Assembly (NCBI GenBank): GCA_039937835.1
Contig: JBDTFR010000022.1
Span: forward strand, 5,769 to 69,768
DNA length: 64,000 nucleotides
Direction of reading: 5' to 3'
Origin: Bacteroidia bacterium
Lineage (GTDB): Bacteria; Bacteroidota; Bacteroidia; 2-12-FULL-35-15
The notes below the pieces were generated by a model, which searched no databases, had not been told where the DNA came from, and saw only the letters and a program-made list of their open reading frames with translations. How positions within the stretch are numbered: the first letter of the stretch is position 1; each line of letters begins with the position of its first letter. The position numbers and the translations under genes are program-made. This document shows, in pieces, positions 41,084 through 52,058 of this stretch.

Positions 41084-42007
41084 ATGCAAGCAACAAAACA
41101 TATTTTATTGGTTAAACCCTCCAACTTTGCCTTTAACTCTGAAACAGCAGGTTCTAATGCTTTTCAGAATAATACCAATGAAAATAGTGAATCGATAAAT
41201 AAAAACGTTTCGAAAGAATTTGATGCATTTGCCAATACATTAAAATCAAAAGGGGTAAATGTTACGATAGTTGCAGATACCGCTCAACCTCCCAAACCAG
41301 ACGCTGTTTTTCCTAATAATTGGATTTCTTTTCATGAAGATGGAACCGTAGTGCTTTATCCGATGTTCGCGCCGAATAGAAGATTAGAAAGGCGTTACGA
41401 TATAATAGATTCATTAAAAGAAAGCTTTATTGTATCTACCATAATTGACTTCACGCAATACGAAACCAAAGATAGATTTTTAGAAGGCACCGGCAGTATA
41501 GTTTTTGATCACGAAAATAAAATAGCGTATGCGTGCATTTCACCACGTACCGATAAATTACTTTTTACTGATTTGTGTGGTTATTTACATTATACACCCA
41601 TCTGTTTTTCGGCATATGATAAAACAAAAAAGCAAATTTATCATACCAATGTAATGATGTGTATTGCAGAAAAATTTGCTGTAGTTTGCCTGGAAAGCAT
41701 CACCGACAAAAAAGAAAAAGAATTAGTTCTCAATTCTTTAAAAGCGAGTAAACACGAGGTAATAGAAATTACCATTGATCAAATGAATAATTTTGCTGGG
41801 AATATGCTTGCACTTCAAAACAATGATGATAAAAACATGTTAGTTTTATCACAAAGTGCTTATGATAGTTTAAATGCATCTCAAAAAATACTTATTGAGA
41901 AATATTGTCAATTAGTGCCGCTGGGCATAAAAACAATTGAAACAATAGGAGGTGGTAGTGCAAGGTGTATGATTGCTGAAGTGTTTCTTCCTCTTATTTT
42001 TGAATAG
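41084..42007 (+). CDS. Amidinotransferase-superfamily hydrolase (citrulline utilization hydrolase CtlX / arginine-deiminase-related)
   Basis: 307 aa ending in GGGSARCM (catalytic Cys of the pentein/amidinotransferase fold). Confidence 0.65.
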   Translation: MQATKHILLVKPSNFAFNSETAGSNAFQNNTNENSESINKNVSKEFDAFANTLKSKGVNVTIVADTAQPPKPDAVFPNNWISFHEDGTVVLYPMFAPNRRLERRYDIIDSLKESFIVSTIIDFTQYETKDRFLEGTGSIVFDHENKIAYACISPRTDKLLFTDLCGYLHYTPICFSAYDKTKKQIYHTNVMMCIAEKFAVVCLESITDKKEKELVLNSLKASKHEVIEITIDQMNNFAGNMLALQNNDDKNMLVLSQSAYDSLNASQKILIEKYCQLVPLGIKTIETIGGGSARCMIAEVFLPLIFE

Positions 42008-42017
42008 GTATATAGGT

Positions 42018-42371
42018 CTATTTATTCTCTTCTAATAATGCTATTACATTTTCAGTAGGTCGGCCAATCACCGCTTTATTGTCTTTTACTACAATTGGTC
42101 GCTCTATAAGAACGGGGTTTTCTGATAATACTTTTATCCATTCTAATTCTGTTAATTTTTTATCTGCAAATTTCTCTTTAAATAAATTTTCTTTTTTGCG
42201 AATAATTTCTTGCGCTTTAAGGCCTAATTTTTTTAATAAGTCTGTAATTTGTTTTTGACTTAGCGGTGTTTTTAAATATTCTATTGTTTCAAAAAGAATA
42301 GCTTTTTCTTTTAAAATTGCGTATGCTTCGCGACTTTTAGAACATCTGGAATTATGAATTATTTGTACCAT
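42018..42371 (-). CDS. ArsC/Spx/YffB-family protein (thioredoxin-fold arsenate-reductase-like)
   Basis: 117 aa. N-terminal IIHNSRCSKSR with the CxxS-type active-site cysteine. Confidence 0.75.
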   Translation of the reverse strand: MVQIIHNSRCSKSREAYAILKEKAILFETIEYLKTPLSQKQITDLLKKLGLKAQEIIRKKENLFKEKFADKKLTELEWIKVLSENPVLIERPIVVKDNKAVIGRPTENVIALLEENK

Positions 42372-42391
42372 TTTTATATTTTAAAAAAACA

Positions 42392-43481
42392 TTAACTATT
42401 TCCGTATTCCATTAAATACGCTTTTATAAAATCGTTCAAGTTACCATCCATTATAGCTTGTACGTTAGAGGTTTCGTAACCCGTGCGTATATCTTTTATT
42501 AATTTATAAGGATGAAAAACATAGTTTCTAATTTGTGAACCCCATTCAATTTTCTTTTTATTGCCTTCAATTGCAGCAATGGCCTCATTTTGTTTACGCA
42601 ATTCTACTTCAAACAATTGTGATTTTAAAAGCTTTATGGCATTCTCTTTATTTTGTAGTTGCGATCGCGATTCTTGGTTTTTAATAATAATACCCGATGG
42701 CTTGTGATATAGGCGTACTGCTGTTTCTACTTTATTTACATTTTGTCCACCAGCACCACCTGCCCTAAAGGTTTCAAATTCTAAATCTGCTGGGTTAACA
42801 TCAATTTCAATCGTATCATCAATCAATGGGTAAACATATACGGATGCGAATGAAGTATGTCTTTTTGCATTGGCATCAAAAGGTGAAATTCTTACCAAGC
42901 GATGTACTCCATTCTCTCCTTTTAAATATCCAAAAGCATAATCGCCTTCCATTTCAATGGTTACCGATTTTATACCTACCACATCACCATCCGAACGGTC
43001 TGTTTCTTTTACTTTATATCCATTTTTTTCGGCATACATCAGGTACATGCGCAACAGCATTTCTGCCCAGTCGCAGCTTTCGGTACCACCTGCCCCAGCA
43101 TTTATTTGAACTACACAACTTAAAATATCTTCTTTACCGCTGAGCATATTTTTAAACTCAACTTCTTCTAATAAAATTAAGGTAAGTTCAAATTGCTGTT
43201 GCACCTCTTCTTCCGTTGCTTCCGCTTGTTTATAAAAATCATAAAGCAAAGCAAGGTCATCCATATTGCTATTTAGTTTAGCAAATGATTGTGTCCAATT
43301 CTTTTTTATTTTGGTTTGTTTTAGAAGTTCTTCCGCTTTTTTAGGATCGTCCCAAAAATTAGGAGCAAGAGCTTTTTCTTCTTCTTCGGCTATTTCGCGT
43401 AATTTCTTATCGACGTCAAAGATGCCCCCTTAACGCATCAGTGCGCTCCCGAAGGTCTTTTAGTTGGTCTGTTGTAATCAT
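42392..43481 (-). CDS. prfB: Peptide chain release factor 2, expressed via programmed +1 ribosomal frameshift
   Basis: ORF0 (ATG at 43481): [21 protein letters not shown] then stop, ending in CTT TGA C. The +1 frame continues [24 protein letters not shown] and merges into the 290-aa track ORF, which has the SPF and GGQ motifs. An internal SD-like AGGGGG sits 3 nt before CTT. Confidence 0.9.
43415..43421 (-). other. prfB: prfB +1 frameshift site CUU UGA C (minus strand)
   Basis: Reverse complement of GTCAAAG at 43415-43421. It is preceded by the AGGGGG stimulatory SD-like element. Confidence 0.85.
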
Positions 43482-43624
43482 GCTGCAAAGTTAATAATTG
43501 AAACGGAATGATAGCGATTTTTAAAGTATTTTTGTAGAGGTAATGAAGTGTGCTGGTGCAGTTAATCCATTTCAACTTTAATTACTTTTTACTTTTAATA
43601 CTTCTTTTTTAAATCATACCATAT

Positions 43625-44104
43625 ATGGAAACCAATTATTTCAGAGTTAATAAAAAGGAATATTGCCACATTACAGATGATTTAGTATTTATAATTAACA
43701 GTAAAACCGTAAGTCGTGTACCATTAGAACATGAGCTAGATGAAAGCTGGGGTATTATAAGCGTTTTAAATTACTTGGTGTTTGCGTTTTTATTTATCTA
43801 TACGGCGTTGTCAATTACGCATTATCAATTCGATTTTTTTATTCACCCCATGAATTATGGTGCCATTATTTTATTGCTTATTGCATTTCACAGAGTAAAA
43901 GAAGGGTTTGCAAGTAGTAAAACACCAACCATTCAGCGAAGTAATATTAAATCGGTACACTTTAAATCTCCTAAATTTTCTTATCCCAGATTGATTATTT
44001 ATTTTAAAAATCCACAAAATAAAATAGTGAGAAGAGTTATTCCAATACTTTACAAACAAGAAGCCTTGCCACTATTAAAAGAAAAGGGATTAATTAATAG
44101 CTAA
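43625..44104 (+). CDS. Hypothetical membrane protein (159 aa)
   Basis: Two hydrophobic helices and a basic C-terminal domain. No recognisable motif. Confidence 0.45.
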   Translation: METNYFRVNKKEYCHITDDLVFIINSKTVSRVPLEHELDESWGIISVLNYLVFAFLFIYTALSITHYQFDFFIHPMNYGAIILLLIAFHRVKEGFASSKTPTIQRSNIKSVHFKSPKFSYPRLIIYFKNPQNKIVRRVIPILYKQEALPLLKEKGLINS

Positions 44105-44583
44105 TCTTCTGCTTTTAATACGTCCCAAATTAAACTTTGCTCAAAGCCTTTAGATGCAATGTATTGTACAATTTTATAGGTTCGTACGTGAGGTTTTCCT
44201 CCTTTTATTTCTTTCGATTTTTTTGCTGCAAGTTGTTTAATGGTTAGCAAATAATCATCTTCATTAATTTCTTGTAGCGCCTTTTTTATACAGTAGTCTG
44301 ATAGTTTACGTTTTTTTAATTCTAATTTTATTTTAATGCGACCCCATTTTTTAATTCTAAATTTTCCGCCAGCGTATGCCTTTGCAAATCGCTCTTCGTT
44401 TAAAAAATTAGTAGTAATTAAATCGGCAATAATATTTTCTACGGCATCGGTATATAAACCCCATTCATATAATTTATCACGCATTTCTTGTTGGCAGCGT
44501 TCTTGATACGCACAGGTGGCTTGTGCCTTTAACAAAGCTTGTGCAGGACTGAGTTTTTTTTTTGCTTTTTCCGCTACATCCAT
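44101..44583 (-). CDS. recX: Regulatory protein RecX
   Basis: 160 aa three-helix-repeat protein. The YAGGKFRIKKWGRIKIKLEL pattern is typical of RecX. Confidence 0.75.
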   Translation of the reverse strand: MDVAEKAKKKLSPAQALLKAQATCAYQERCQQEMRDKLYEWGLYTDAVENIIADLITTNFLNEERFAKAYAGGKFRIKKWGRIKIKLELKKRKLSDYCIKKALQEINEDDYLLTIKQLAAKKSKEIKGGKPHVRTYKIVQYIASKGFEQSLIWDVLKAED

Positions 44584-44669
44584 TTAGAAATCATTCTTTT
44601 TTATTTCCATCGATTTCTGTTATCCAAAATAAAACGAATCGGAACAATAGGTATTCTTATTTATTAACA

Positions 44670-45944
44670 TCAGTTATTCTTAACTACTAATTGAACGGTA
44701 TACCTGCTTTTTACTTCTAATAAAATTTGTTTACCAATGGTTACTCTGTCAATGGTTGCTTGATCGTAATAACGAATAGTAATTAGTTCTAGGTTTTCGT
44801 TATACAATACACGGTAGTCTTTTTGAAGAGTTTTTATTAACTCGGGTAATTTACGAGCATCATTATCAATGCTGATAGAAAAGCTAATCGCCGAGTTTTG
44901 CATTACATTTATTTTTACTTGATGCGCCGCAACTAATTTAAAAATATGACTAAAATTTTCCTCTACAATAAAAGAAAAATCTTTTGGAGAAATAGAAAGA
45001 AGTACTTGATTTACTTTAAAAATAAAACAAGGAATAGGTAAGTGCGCTTGCATCTCGTTTATTAATGTCCCTTTTTCATTGGGATGGATAAAGGATTTAA
45101 CATACAATGGTATTTTTTTATTTTGTAAAGGCTTAATAGTTTTGGGGTGAATTACCGTTGCTCCATAATAAGCTAATTCAATCGCATCCTGATAAGAAAG
45201 GTGATCTAATTTTACTGTTTCATCAAACCATTTTGGGTCCGCATTGAGTACACCGGGTACATCTTTCCAAATAACTACCTCTTTTGCATTGGTGGTATAA
45301 GCAAGAATAGCGGCGGTATAATCAGATCCTTCACGACCTAATGTGGTAGTAAAGTTTTCGGATGTACCACCTATAAAACCTTGTGTAATAAATAAAGTAG
45401 AAGCGCTATTTTTTGGCTCCGTTTCTTTAAAAAATTTGTTTACTAAAGTTTGAGTTAGCTCCCAATCTACTTTTCCTTCTCGATACGTATTATCAGTTTG
45501 AATAAAATCTCGAGCATCACACCATTGGCTGTTAATCCCTATTTCTAGCAGGTATGCGTTTACTATTTTAGTAGCAATAATCTCGCCCATGCAAACCACC
45601 TTATCGTATTCATAATTGTAGTTATCGGTAATTTCATCTTCAACGGCCCAGTGCAACTCAACAAGTGTATTCTCAATTTCATTATAAATAGGGTGTTGAG
45701 GTGATGGGAATAATTGCTTAATAATATCGAAATGATAGGATTTGAGTTCATCTAAAATTTGTTGGGGGTCTTCTTTTTTATAAAAAACAGCGTCTGCTAG
45801 TCGTTCTAACTTATCAGTAACTTTTCCCATAGCAGAAATTACTACGATGGTGTTTTCGGTAACAAACTCTTTTAAAATTGCTGCCACATTTTTTACTGCT
45901 GCTGAATCTTTTACCGATGCTCCTCCAAATTTAAATATCTTCAT
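44670..45944 (-). CDS. lysC: Aspartate kinase
   Basis: MKIFKFGGASV N-terminus (amino-acid kinase fold) and C-terminal ACT domains. 424 aa. Confidence 0.85.
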   Translation of the reverse strand: MKIFKFGGASVKDSAAVKNVAAILKEFVTENTIVVISAMGKVTDKLERLADAVFYKKEDPQQILDELKSYHFDIIKQLFPSPQHPIYNEIENTLVELHWAVEDEITDNYNYEYDKVVCMGEIIATKIVNAYLLEIGINSQWCDARDFIQTDNTYREGKVDWELTQTLVNKFFKETEPKNSASTLFITQGFIGGTSENFTTTLGREGSDYTAAILAYTTNAKEVVIWKDVPGVLNADPKWFDETVKLDHLSYQDAIELAYYGATVIHPKTIKPLQNKKIPLYVKSFIHPNEKGTLINEMQAHLPIPCFIFKVNQVLLSISPKDFSFIVEENFSHIFKLVAAHQVKINVMQNSAISFSISIDNDARKLPELIKTLQKDYRVLYNENLELITIRYYDQATIDRVTIGKQILLEVKSRYTVQLVVKNN

Positions 45945-45998
45945 TTATTGTATTTATTATTAAAAAAAATCACTAGCTGTTTTAATCTGCTTTAACAA

Positions 45999-46475
45999 CT
46001 AAAATTTACATTGTTGTATTTGTTCTCCCACTAGTTTACAATTAATCCATTTAGCATCAAAGTGGGTATTAAAACTTTTGTAAAAGTTAATCGCTGGTTC
46101 ATTCCAATCTAGTACTTGCCATTCCATGCGTTCCGCTTTTATTTCTTTGGCCACTTTTACCACTTCGTTGAATAATTTTTTACCTGTGCCGCATTTTCGA
46201 TGAGATTCGTTAACAATCAAATCTTCAAGGAACACACATTTACCTTTCCAAGTAGAATATTTAATGTAATATAAGGCAATGCCAATGATGCTCTGTTCTG
46301 ATTCTGCCACGAAAAAATAAAACAAGGGCTGCGTACCAAAGCCGTCTTTTTCAAGTTCATCAACGGTAACTGTTACTTCTTGTTCTGCCTTTTCATAACT
46401 CGCTAATTCTTTTATTAGCTGTAGCACTTGTGGCAAATCAGATTTTATGCCTTCTCGGATGTTAATTTTAGTCAT
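45999..46475 (-). CDS. GNAT-family N-acetyltransferase (diamine/spermidine acetyltransferase-like)
   Basis: HRKCGTGKKLF acetyl-CoA motif. The start is taken at MTKINIREG (46475) because the longer track ORF (to 46535) overlaps the upstream gene by 68 bp. Confidence 0.7.
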   Translation of the reverse strand: MTKINIREGIKSDLPQVLQLIKELASYEKAEQEVTVTVDELEKDGFGTQPLFYFFVAESEQSIIGIALYYIKYSTWKGKCVFLEDLIVNESHRKCGTGKKLFNEVVKVAKEIKAERMEWQVLDWNEPAINFYKSFNTHFDAKWINCKLVGEQIQQCKF

Positions 46476-47058
46476 TTTTAGTAATCGTTTCTGAAAGTTT
46501 TTGAATGCATTGTTCTCTAATTGCCCATACATCATTAAGGGTATAGTTAATCGAGGGATTTTTTTCTAACCAATCTGTTAATCGTTTTTTATGGTAATCT
46601 ACTTTAAAATCACTTATTTGATAAGGTTGTATAATTATTTCTTCCATTAAATCATTAACAAAATCGGCAGGTTTTGAAGCAATGGTTGTATAATCGAAAA
46701 TACAATTATTAAATTTCAAATAAGTGTGGGCTTCTGGAAAATAGGTTAATTTATTTTTTTGGAGTATTGCCGAAATTTTAGGCGTGTTTTTAGCACTCAT
46801 TTTAAATAAACCCAGCATTAAATCTAACCCTTCAAAATTGTTTTCAGCTGCCAATTCTTTTAATACAGCATGTTTTGTGCTACATGTGCCGCAATTATCT
46901 GTAAAAATGCTTGTTAAATCGTTTTTATTCGCATTTCTGCCGTAAGGTAATTGTTTTATAAATGTGGCTGCATCCTTAAAAGTATTAATATGCTGTTTCA
47001 AAAAGAGTATTGAAAGCGGTGCTGTTGAATTTATTGAAAAATGGGGTTGGTTATTCAT
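46468..47058 (-). CDS. Hypothetical protein (196 aa)
   Basis: Intact ORF with a Cys-containing block (DNCGTCSTKHAV). Unassigned. Confidence 0.5.
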   Translation of the reverse strand: MNNQPHFSINSTAPLSILFLKQHINTFKDAATFIKQLPYGRNANKNDLTSIFTDNCGTCSTKHAVLKELAAENNFEGLDLMLGLFKMSAKNTPKISAILQKNKLTYFPEAHTYLKFNNCIFDYTTIASKPADFVNDLMEEIIIQPYQISDFKVDYHKKRLTDWLEKNPSINYTLNDVWAIREQCIQKLSETITKND

Positions 47059-47149
47059 TTTGATGCATTTGCTAAAATTAGCAAGCTCAAAGATATTTAT
47101 TTCTTTGGCTTGACTTAAAAAGGTCTTTTGAAATAATATTCCGATATTT

Positions 47150-48196
47150 GTGAAAAATCAAAAAGCTATGGTTAAGGTAAAAACATTAGGTCAATTTATT
47201 ATTGAGAAGCAAGCGGATTTTCCATTTGCAAAAGGAGAATTATCTCGATTATTACGCGATATAGCTATTGCATCAAAAATTGTAAACCGAGAAGTAACCA
47301 AAGCTGGCTTAGCTGATATTTTAGGAGAGGCGGGAGAAATTAACATACAAGGAGAAAATGTTCAAAAATTGGATGTTTTTGCAAACGACCAATTTATTGC
47401 CGCATTAAGTATGGGTGGCGAATGTTGTGCCATTGCTTCAGAAGAAAATGAAGAAATTATTACCATTGAAAATGAAGTCTCTAAAAATGCGAGGTACATT
47501 GTGGCAATAGATCCATTAGATGGCTCTTCCAACATTGATGTAAATGTATCGGTAGGTACTATTTTCTCCATTTACCGCAGGATTTCTCTTTCGGGACCGG
47601 GTACTACCGAAGATTTTTTACAACGCGGTACCGAGCAAGTAGCGGCAGGCTATGTTATTTATGGTTCTTCTTGTATGATGGTATACACAACAGGTAAAGG
47701 AGTAAACGGTTTTACACTGGATCCTTCCATTGGAGAATTTTGTTTATCGCACCCAAATATGCAAACCCCTAAAATGGCTAAAACCTATTCCATTAACGAA
47801 GGTAATTATGTTCATTTTCCAGATGGAGTAAAAAAATACATTAAATATTGTCAAGAAGAAGACGAAGCAACTAATCGTCCATATTCATCTAGATATATTG
47901 GCTCTGGTGTTGCGGATATACATCGTAATTTAATTACGGGCGGCGTTTATATTTATCCTACTACATCCAAATCGCCAAAAGGCAAATTGCGCTTATTGTA
48001 TGAATGTAACCCATTGGCATTTATTTTAGAGCAAGCAGGTGGCAAAGCAACGGATGGTTTCAGAAGAATATTGGACATAGATATTAAAGAACTTCACCAA
48101 CGCACTCCCTTATTTATAGGTTCTGAAGAGATGGTAGACCAAGCATGTGAATTAATGAGAAAACATTCAACGATAACAGCATCAGAAAAAGTTTAA
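47150..48196 (+). CDS. fbp: Fructose-1,6-bisphosphatase class 1
   Basis: [13 protein letters not shown] metal-binding motif and the GKLRLLYE block. 348 aa. Confidence 0.9.
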   Translation: MKNQKAMVKVKTLGQFIIEKQADFPFAKGELSRLLRDIAIASKIVNREVTKAGLADILGEAGEINIQGENVQKLDVFANDQFIAALSMGGECCAIASEENEEIITIENEVSKNARYIVAIDPLDGSSNIDVNVSVGTIFSIYRRISLSGPGTTEDFLQRGTEQVAAGYVIYGSSCMMVYTTGKGVNGFTLDPSIGEFCLSHPNMQTPKMAKTYSINEGNYVHFPDGVKKYIKYCQEEDEATNRPYSSRYIGSGVADIHRNLITGGVYIYPTTSKSPKGKLRLLYECNPLAFILEQAGGKATDGFRRILDIDIKELHQRTPLFIGSEEMVDQACELMRKHSTITASEKV

Positions 48197-48267
48197 TTTA
48201 AAAAAAAGCAACGTTCTGTTAATGAACACGAATAACAGATTATTGTAATTCTATTAGAACGGAATTC

Positions 48268-51200
48268 GTGACAATAACAAAAGAAGATATTTTAAAAAAT
48301 TTCGGCGAATCAAAAAACAATTCGGTGTTAATTCAGGAATTGAAGGGCAATGCTGTGCGCCTTCAATTAAAAGGGGTTATTGGTTCAAGCGCTTCTTTTA
48401 TTGCAGCTACTGCTTTTCAACACCTTCATAAAATTAATTTATTAATACTGGCAGACAAAGAAGAAGCTGCTTATGTTTTAAATGATTTAGAAAATATTTT
48501 AGGGGAAGAGCATGTTTTATTTTTTCCTGCCTCTTACCGAATGCCGTATGAGCACGAAGAAATTGACAATTCCAATATATTATTACGTGCCGAAGTATTA
48601 AATAAAATAAATACGGGTAAAAAGCATATTTGTATTGTAACTTACCCCGAAGCCTTAACTGAGAAGGTGGTTACCAAATCGCACTTAACTAAAAATACCT
48701 TAATACTTAATCAAGGAGAAAAAATCTCGATTGATTTTATTACGGACGTGCTTCTAGAATACGGATTTGAAAGGGTAGAATATGTAATAGAGCCTGGTCA
48801 ATTCTCACTAAGAGGCGGTATTGTCGATATCTTTTCATTCTCTAATGAATACCCTTATCGGATAGAATTTTTAGGAAATGAAGTAGAATCAATTCGTAGT
48901 TTTGATTGTACATCGCAACTCTCTATTAAAAAATTAACGTATTGTACCATCATTCCGAATGTACAAACGAAATTATTACAAGAGAGCCGACAAACATTTT
49001 TTGAATTTATTCCTGAAAATACCACCATTTGGTTTAAGCATTTTCAACTAACCATTGACCGCATAGAAAAAGCATTTGCACTTGCGGAAACCGCTTATTC
49101 AAAATTAAGTTCTGTTATTTCACAATTACCTCCAGAAGAGTTGTATGTACATAAAGATGTTTTTACAAAAGATGTTTTAAAATTTGCGTTGATAGAATTT
49201 GGAAACCATTTTTCATTAACACCTACAAAAACCATTGAGTATAATTTTTCACCACAACCTAACTTTAATAAAAATTTTAGTTACTTAAGGGACAATTTAA
49301 AAAGCAATATTAGAAATGGCTTAAAAAATGTTATTTTTTCTGATGCTGCAAAACAAATTGAGCGGCTCTATAAAATATTTGAAGACATTTCTCCTAACAA
49401 AGAAAATGATCCCGAACTTTTTTCACCCATACTTTTATCAATACACGAAGGGTTTATAGACAATGAGCTAAAAGTTGCTTGTTATACCGATCATCAAATA
49501 TTTAATCGCTATCATCGTTTCCGTTTAAAAAATTCATTTAATAAAAAAAATGAGGCGCTTACTCTAAAAGAGCTGAAAGGCTTAAATCCGGGAGATTACA
49601 TTACCCATATTGATTATGGTGTTGGAAGATACGGCGGCTTAGAAACCATTGAAGTAAATGGTAAAATGCAAGAAACCATTCGATTGGTTTATAAAGATTA
49701 TGATATTTTAAATATCAGTATTCATTCCCTACACCGCATTGCCAAATACTCCGGTAAAGAAGGCGCAGAGCCTAAAATTAATAAATTAGGAACCACTACT
49801 TGGGCTACGCTTAAACAAAAAACCAAGAAAAAGGTTAAAGAAATAGCCTATGACTTAATTCAATTATATGCGAAGCGAAAAGCATTAAAAGGCTTTCAAT
49901 TTGCGCCCGACACGTATTTACAAAATGAGCTAGAAGCTTCTTTCATTTATGAAGATACACCTGATCAAATAAAATCAACGGCAGATGTAAAAAAGGACAT
50001 GGAAAGCGAATTCCCTATGGATAGACTTATTTGTGGCGATGTGGGTTTCGGTAAAACAGAAGTAGCTATTCGTGCTGCTTTTAAAGCGGTATCAGATAGT
50101 AAGCAAGTGGCTATATTAGTACCAACTACTATTCTGGCTTTGCAACATTACAAATCTTTTAAAGAACGGTTTAAAGATTTCCCTTGCACGGTGGATTATA
50201 TAAACAGATATAAATCTGCCAAACAACAAAAAGAAACCATAGAGAAAGTAGCAAAAGGGGAGGTAGATATTTTAATCGGTACGCATGGTATTGTTGGTAA
50301 AGGAGTAAAGTTTAAAGATTTGGGTTTAATGATTATTGATGAAGAGCAAAAATTTGGAGTTTCTGTAAAAGATAAACTAAAGACATTCAAATCTAACATC
50401 GATACCTTAACCCTTACTGCTACGCCTATTCCTCGTACACTGCAATTTTCGATGATGGGTGCGAGAGATTTATCTGTTATTAATACACCGCCTCCTAATC
50501 GCTACCCTGTACAAACAGAATTACATACGTTTAATGAAGAAATAATTAGAGATGCGGTTTCGTTCGAGGTATCACGTGGCGGACAAGTTTTTTTTGTACA
50601 CAATCGGGTACAAAACATAGCTGAAGTTGCGGGTATGATTCAACGCTTATGTCCAGATGTACGTATAGCCATTGGCCATGGACAGCTAGAAGGCGATAAG
50701 CTAGAAAATGTGATGCTGGGTTTTGTGGAAGGCGAGTTTGATGTGTTGGTAGCCACCACTATTATTGAAGCGGGTTTAGATATTTCAAATGCCAATACCA
50801 TCATCATCAACCAAGCACACATGTTTGGTTTAAGTGATTTACACCAAATGCGCGGGCGTGTTGGGCGCTCTAATAAAAAAGCGTTTTGTTATCTATTAAC
50901 TACGCCAGTATCACTACTTACCAATGAAGCACGTAAACGGTTAAAAGCCATTGAAGAATTTTCTGACCTAGGTAGTGGTTTTAATATTGCGATGCGAGAT
51001 TTAGATATACGTGGCGCTGGTAATTTGTTAGGTGGAGAACAAAGTGGTTTTATAAATGAAATAGGTTTTGAAATGTATCAAAAAATATTGAATGAAGCCA
51101 TCTTAGAATTACGCATGGAGCATGAAGAACTAAGCCTTACGGATGTTGGCGGTGCTCATAAATTTACTGGTAATGTACATGCTACCTTTGTGAATGATTG

Positions 51201-51642
51201 TGCCATCGATACAGATATGGAAATATTGATACCAGATAGTTACGTAACCAACATTACAGAACGATTGAATTTATATCGCGAGTTAGATGATTCTACCAAC
51301 GAAGAGGAGCTAATGAATTTTGAAACTCAATTGCTTGATCGATTTGGGCCAGTTCCAGATCAGGCAAAAGAATTAATACACACTATTCGTTTACGTTGGA
51401 TAGCAATGGAATTAGGTTTTGAAAAACTATTACTAAAGAACAATAGACTGTTAGGATATTTTATTGCTAACCAAGAAGCAACCTATTATCAAAGCGAAGT
51501 ATTTACAAAAGTGTTAAAGTTTGTACAGCAAAATCAGCGTATCTGCAAAATGAAAGAAAATAATAAAAAGCTAACGCTTTCCTTCGAAAATATTACATCT
51601 ATTGATGATGCGATCAATGCATTAAAACCAATTCAGGGGTAG
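48268..51642 (+). CDS. mfd: Transcription-repair coupling factor
   Basis: 1124 aa. UvrB-homology N-terminus, CarD/RNAP-interacting domain, superfamily-2 helicase motifs (GDVGFGKTEVA, DEEQKFG), TRG motif. Confidence 0.95.
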   Translation: MTITKEDILKNFGESKNNSVLIQELKGNAVRLQLKGVIGSSASFIAATAFQHLHKINLLILADKEEAAYVLNDLENILGEEHVLFFPASYRMPYEHEEIDNSNILLRAEVLNKINTGKKHICIVTYPEALTEKVVTKSHLTKNTLILNQGEKISIDFITDVLLEYGFERVEYVIEPGQFSLRGGIVDIFSFSNEYPYRIEFLGNEVESIRSFDCTSQLSIKKLTYCTIIPNVQTKLLQESRQTFFEFIPENTTIWFKHFQLTIDRIEKAFALAETAYSKLSSVISQLPPEELYVHKDVFTKDVLKFALIEFGNHFSLTPTKTIEYNFSPQPNFNKNFSYLRDNLKSNIRNGLKNVIFSDAAKQIERLYKIFEDISPNKENDPELFSPILLSIHEGFIDNELKVACYTDHQIFNRYHRFRLKNSFNKKNEALTLKELKGLNPGDYITHIDYGVGRYGGLETIEVNGKMQETIRLVYKDYDILNISIHSLHRIAKYSGKEGAEPKINKLGTTTWATLKQKTKKKVKEIAYDLIQLYAKRKALKGFQFAPDTYLQNELEASFIYEDTPDQIKSTADVKKDMESEFPMDRLICGDVGFGKTEVAIRAAFKAVSDSKQVAILVPTTILALQHYKSFKERFKDFPCTVDYINRYKSAKQQKETIEKVAKGEVDILIGTHGIVGKGVKFKDLGLMIIDEEQKFGVSVKDKLKTFKSNIDTLTLTATPIPRTLQFSMMGARDLSVINTPPPNRYPVQTELHTFNEEIIRDAVSFEVSRGGQVFFVHNRVQNIAEVAGMIQRLCPDVRIAIGHGQLEGDKLENVMLGFVEGEFDVLVATTIIEAGLDISNANTIIINQAHMFGLSDLHQMRGRVGRSNKKAFCYLLTTPVSLLTNEARKRLKAIEEFSDLGSGFNIAMRDLDIRGAGNLLGGEQSGFINEIGFEMYQKILNEAILELRMEHEELSLTDVGGAHKFTGNVHATFVNDCAIDTDMEILIPDSYVTNITERLNLYRELDDSTNEEELMNFETQLLDRFGPVPDQAKELIHTIRLRWIAMELGFEKLLLKNNRLLGYFIANQEATYYQSEVFTKVLKFVQQNQRICKMKENNKKLTLSFENITSIDDAINALKPIQG

Positions 51643-52058
51643 TTTGTTCTATAAAAGAGATAAAACTAGTTAATTCATACAGTTGTTTAGAATGTCTAAT
51701 AAAGACACAAATTTTCTCAAATAGATTAAACATTAGTATTGGTGCGGCTGTAGTCCACGAAAAGAGCGAACCGCCAGTTTCGTAGCAATGAGGTATAAGG
51801 CTTTTGTGTGAAAAACGAAAGCTGGAGGTTGGTTTTTGCGATCGCTTTTTCCTTGTTACTTATTTTGGAGAATCAAAAGAAAGTAAAATCACAATGAAAT
51901 TTCTATTTATAGAGTAATTGAAAAATATAATCGAACTTAGGTAATTTGGGAATTTAAAAACTTCAACGTATTCTATTATTTCCAATTAAAAGCTCAACTC
52001 TAATTTTTAAACATCGCTAAAATAGTTACATTAGTATCTTAAAATTCAAAATTTTAAA

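Noticed and set aside
46468-46535. Extended N-terminus (MMYGQLENNAFKNFQKRLLK) of the GNAT gene overlapping the upstream ORF by 68 bp
   Set aside because: The GNAT fold begins after the internal Met (MTKINIREG). The shorter start avoids an implausibly long same-strand overlap.
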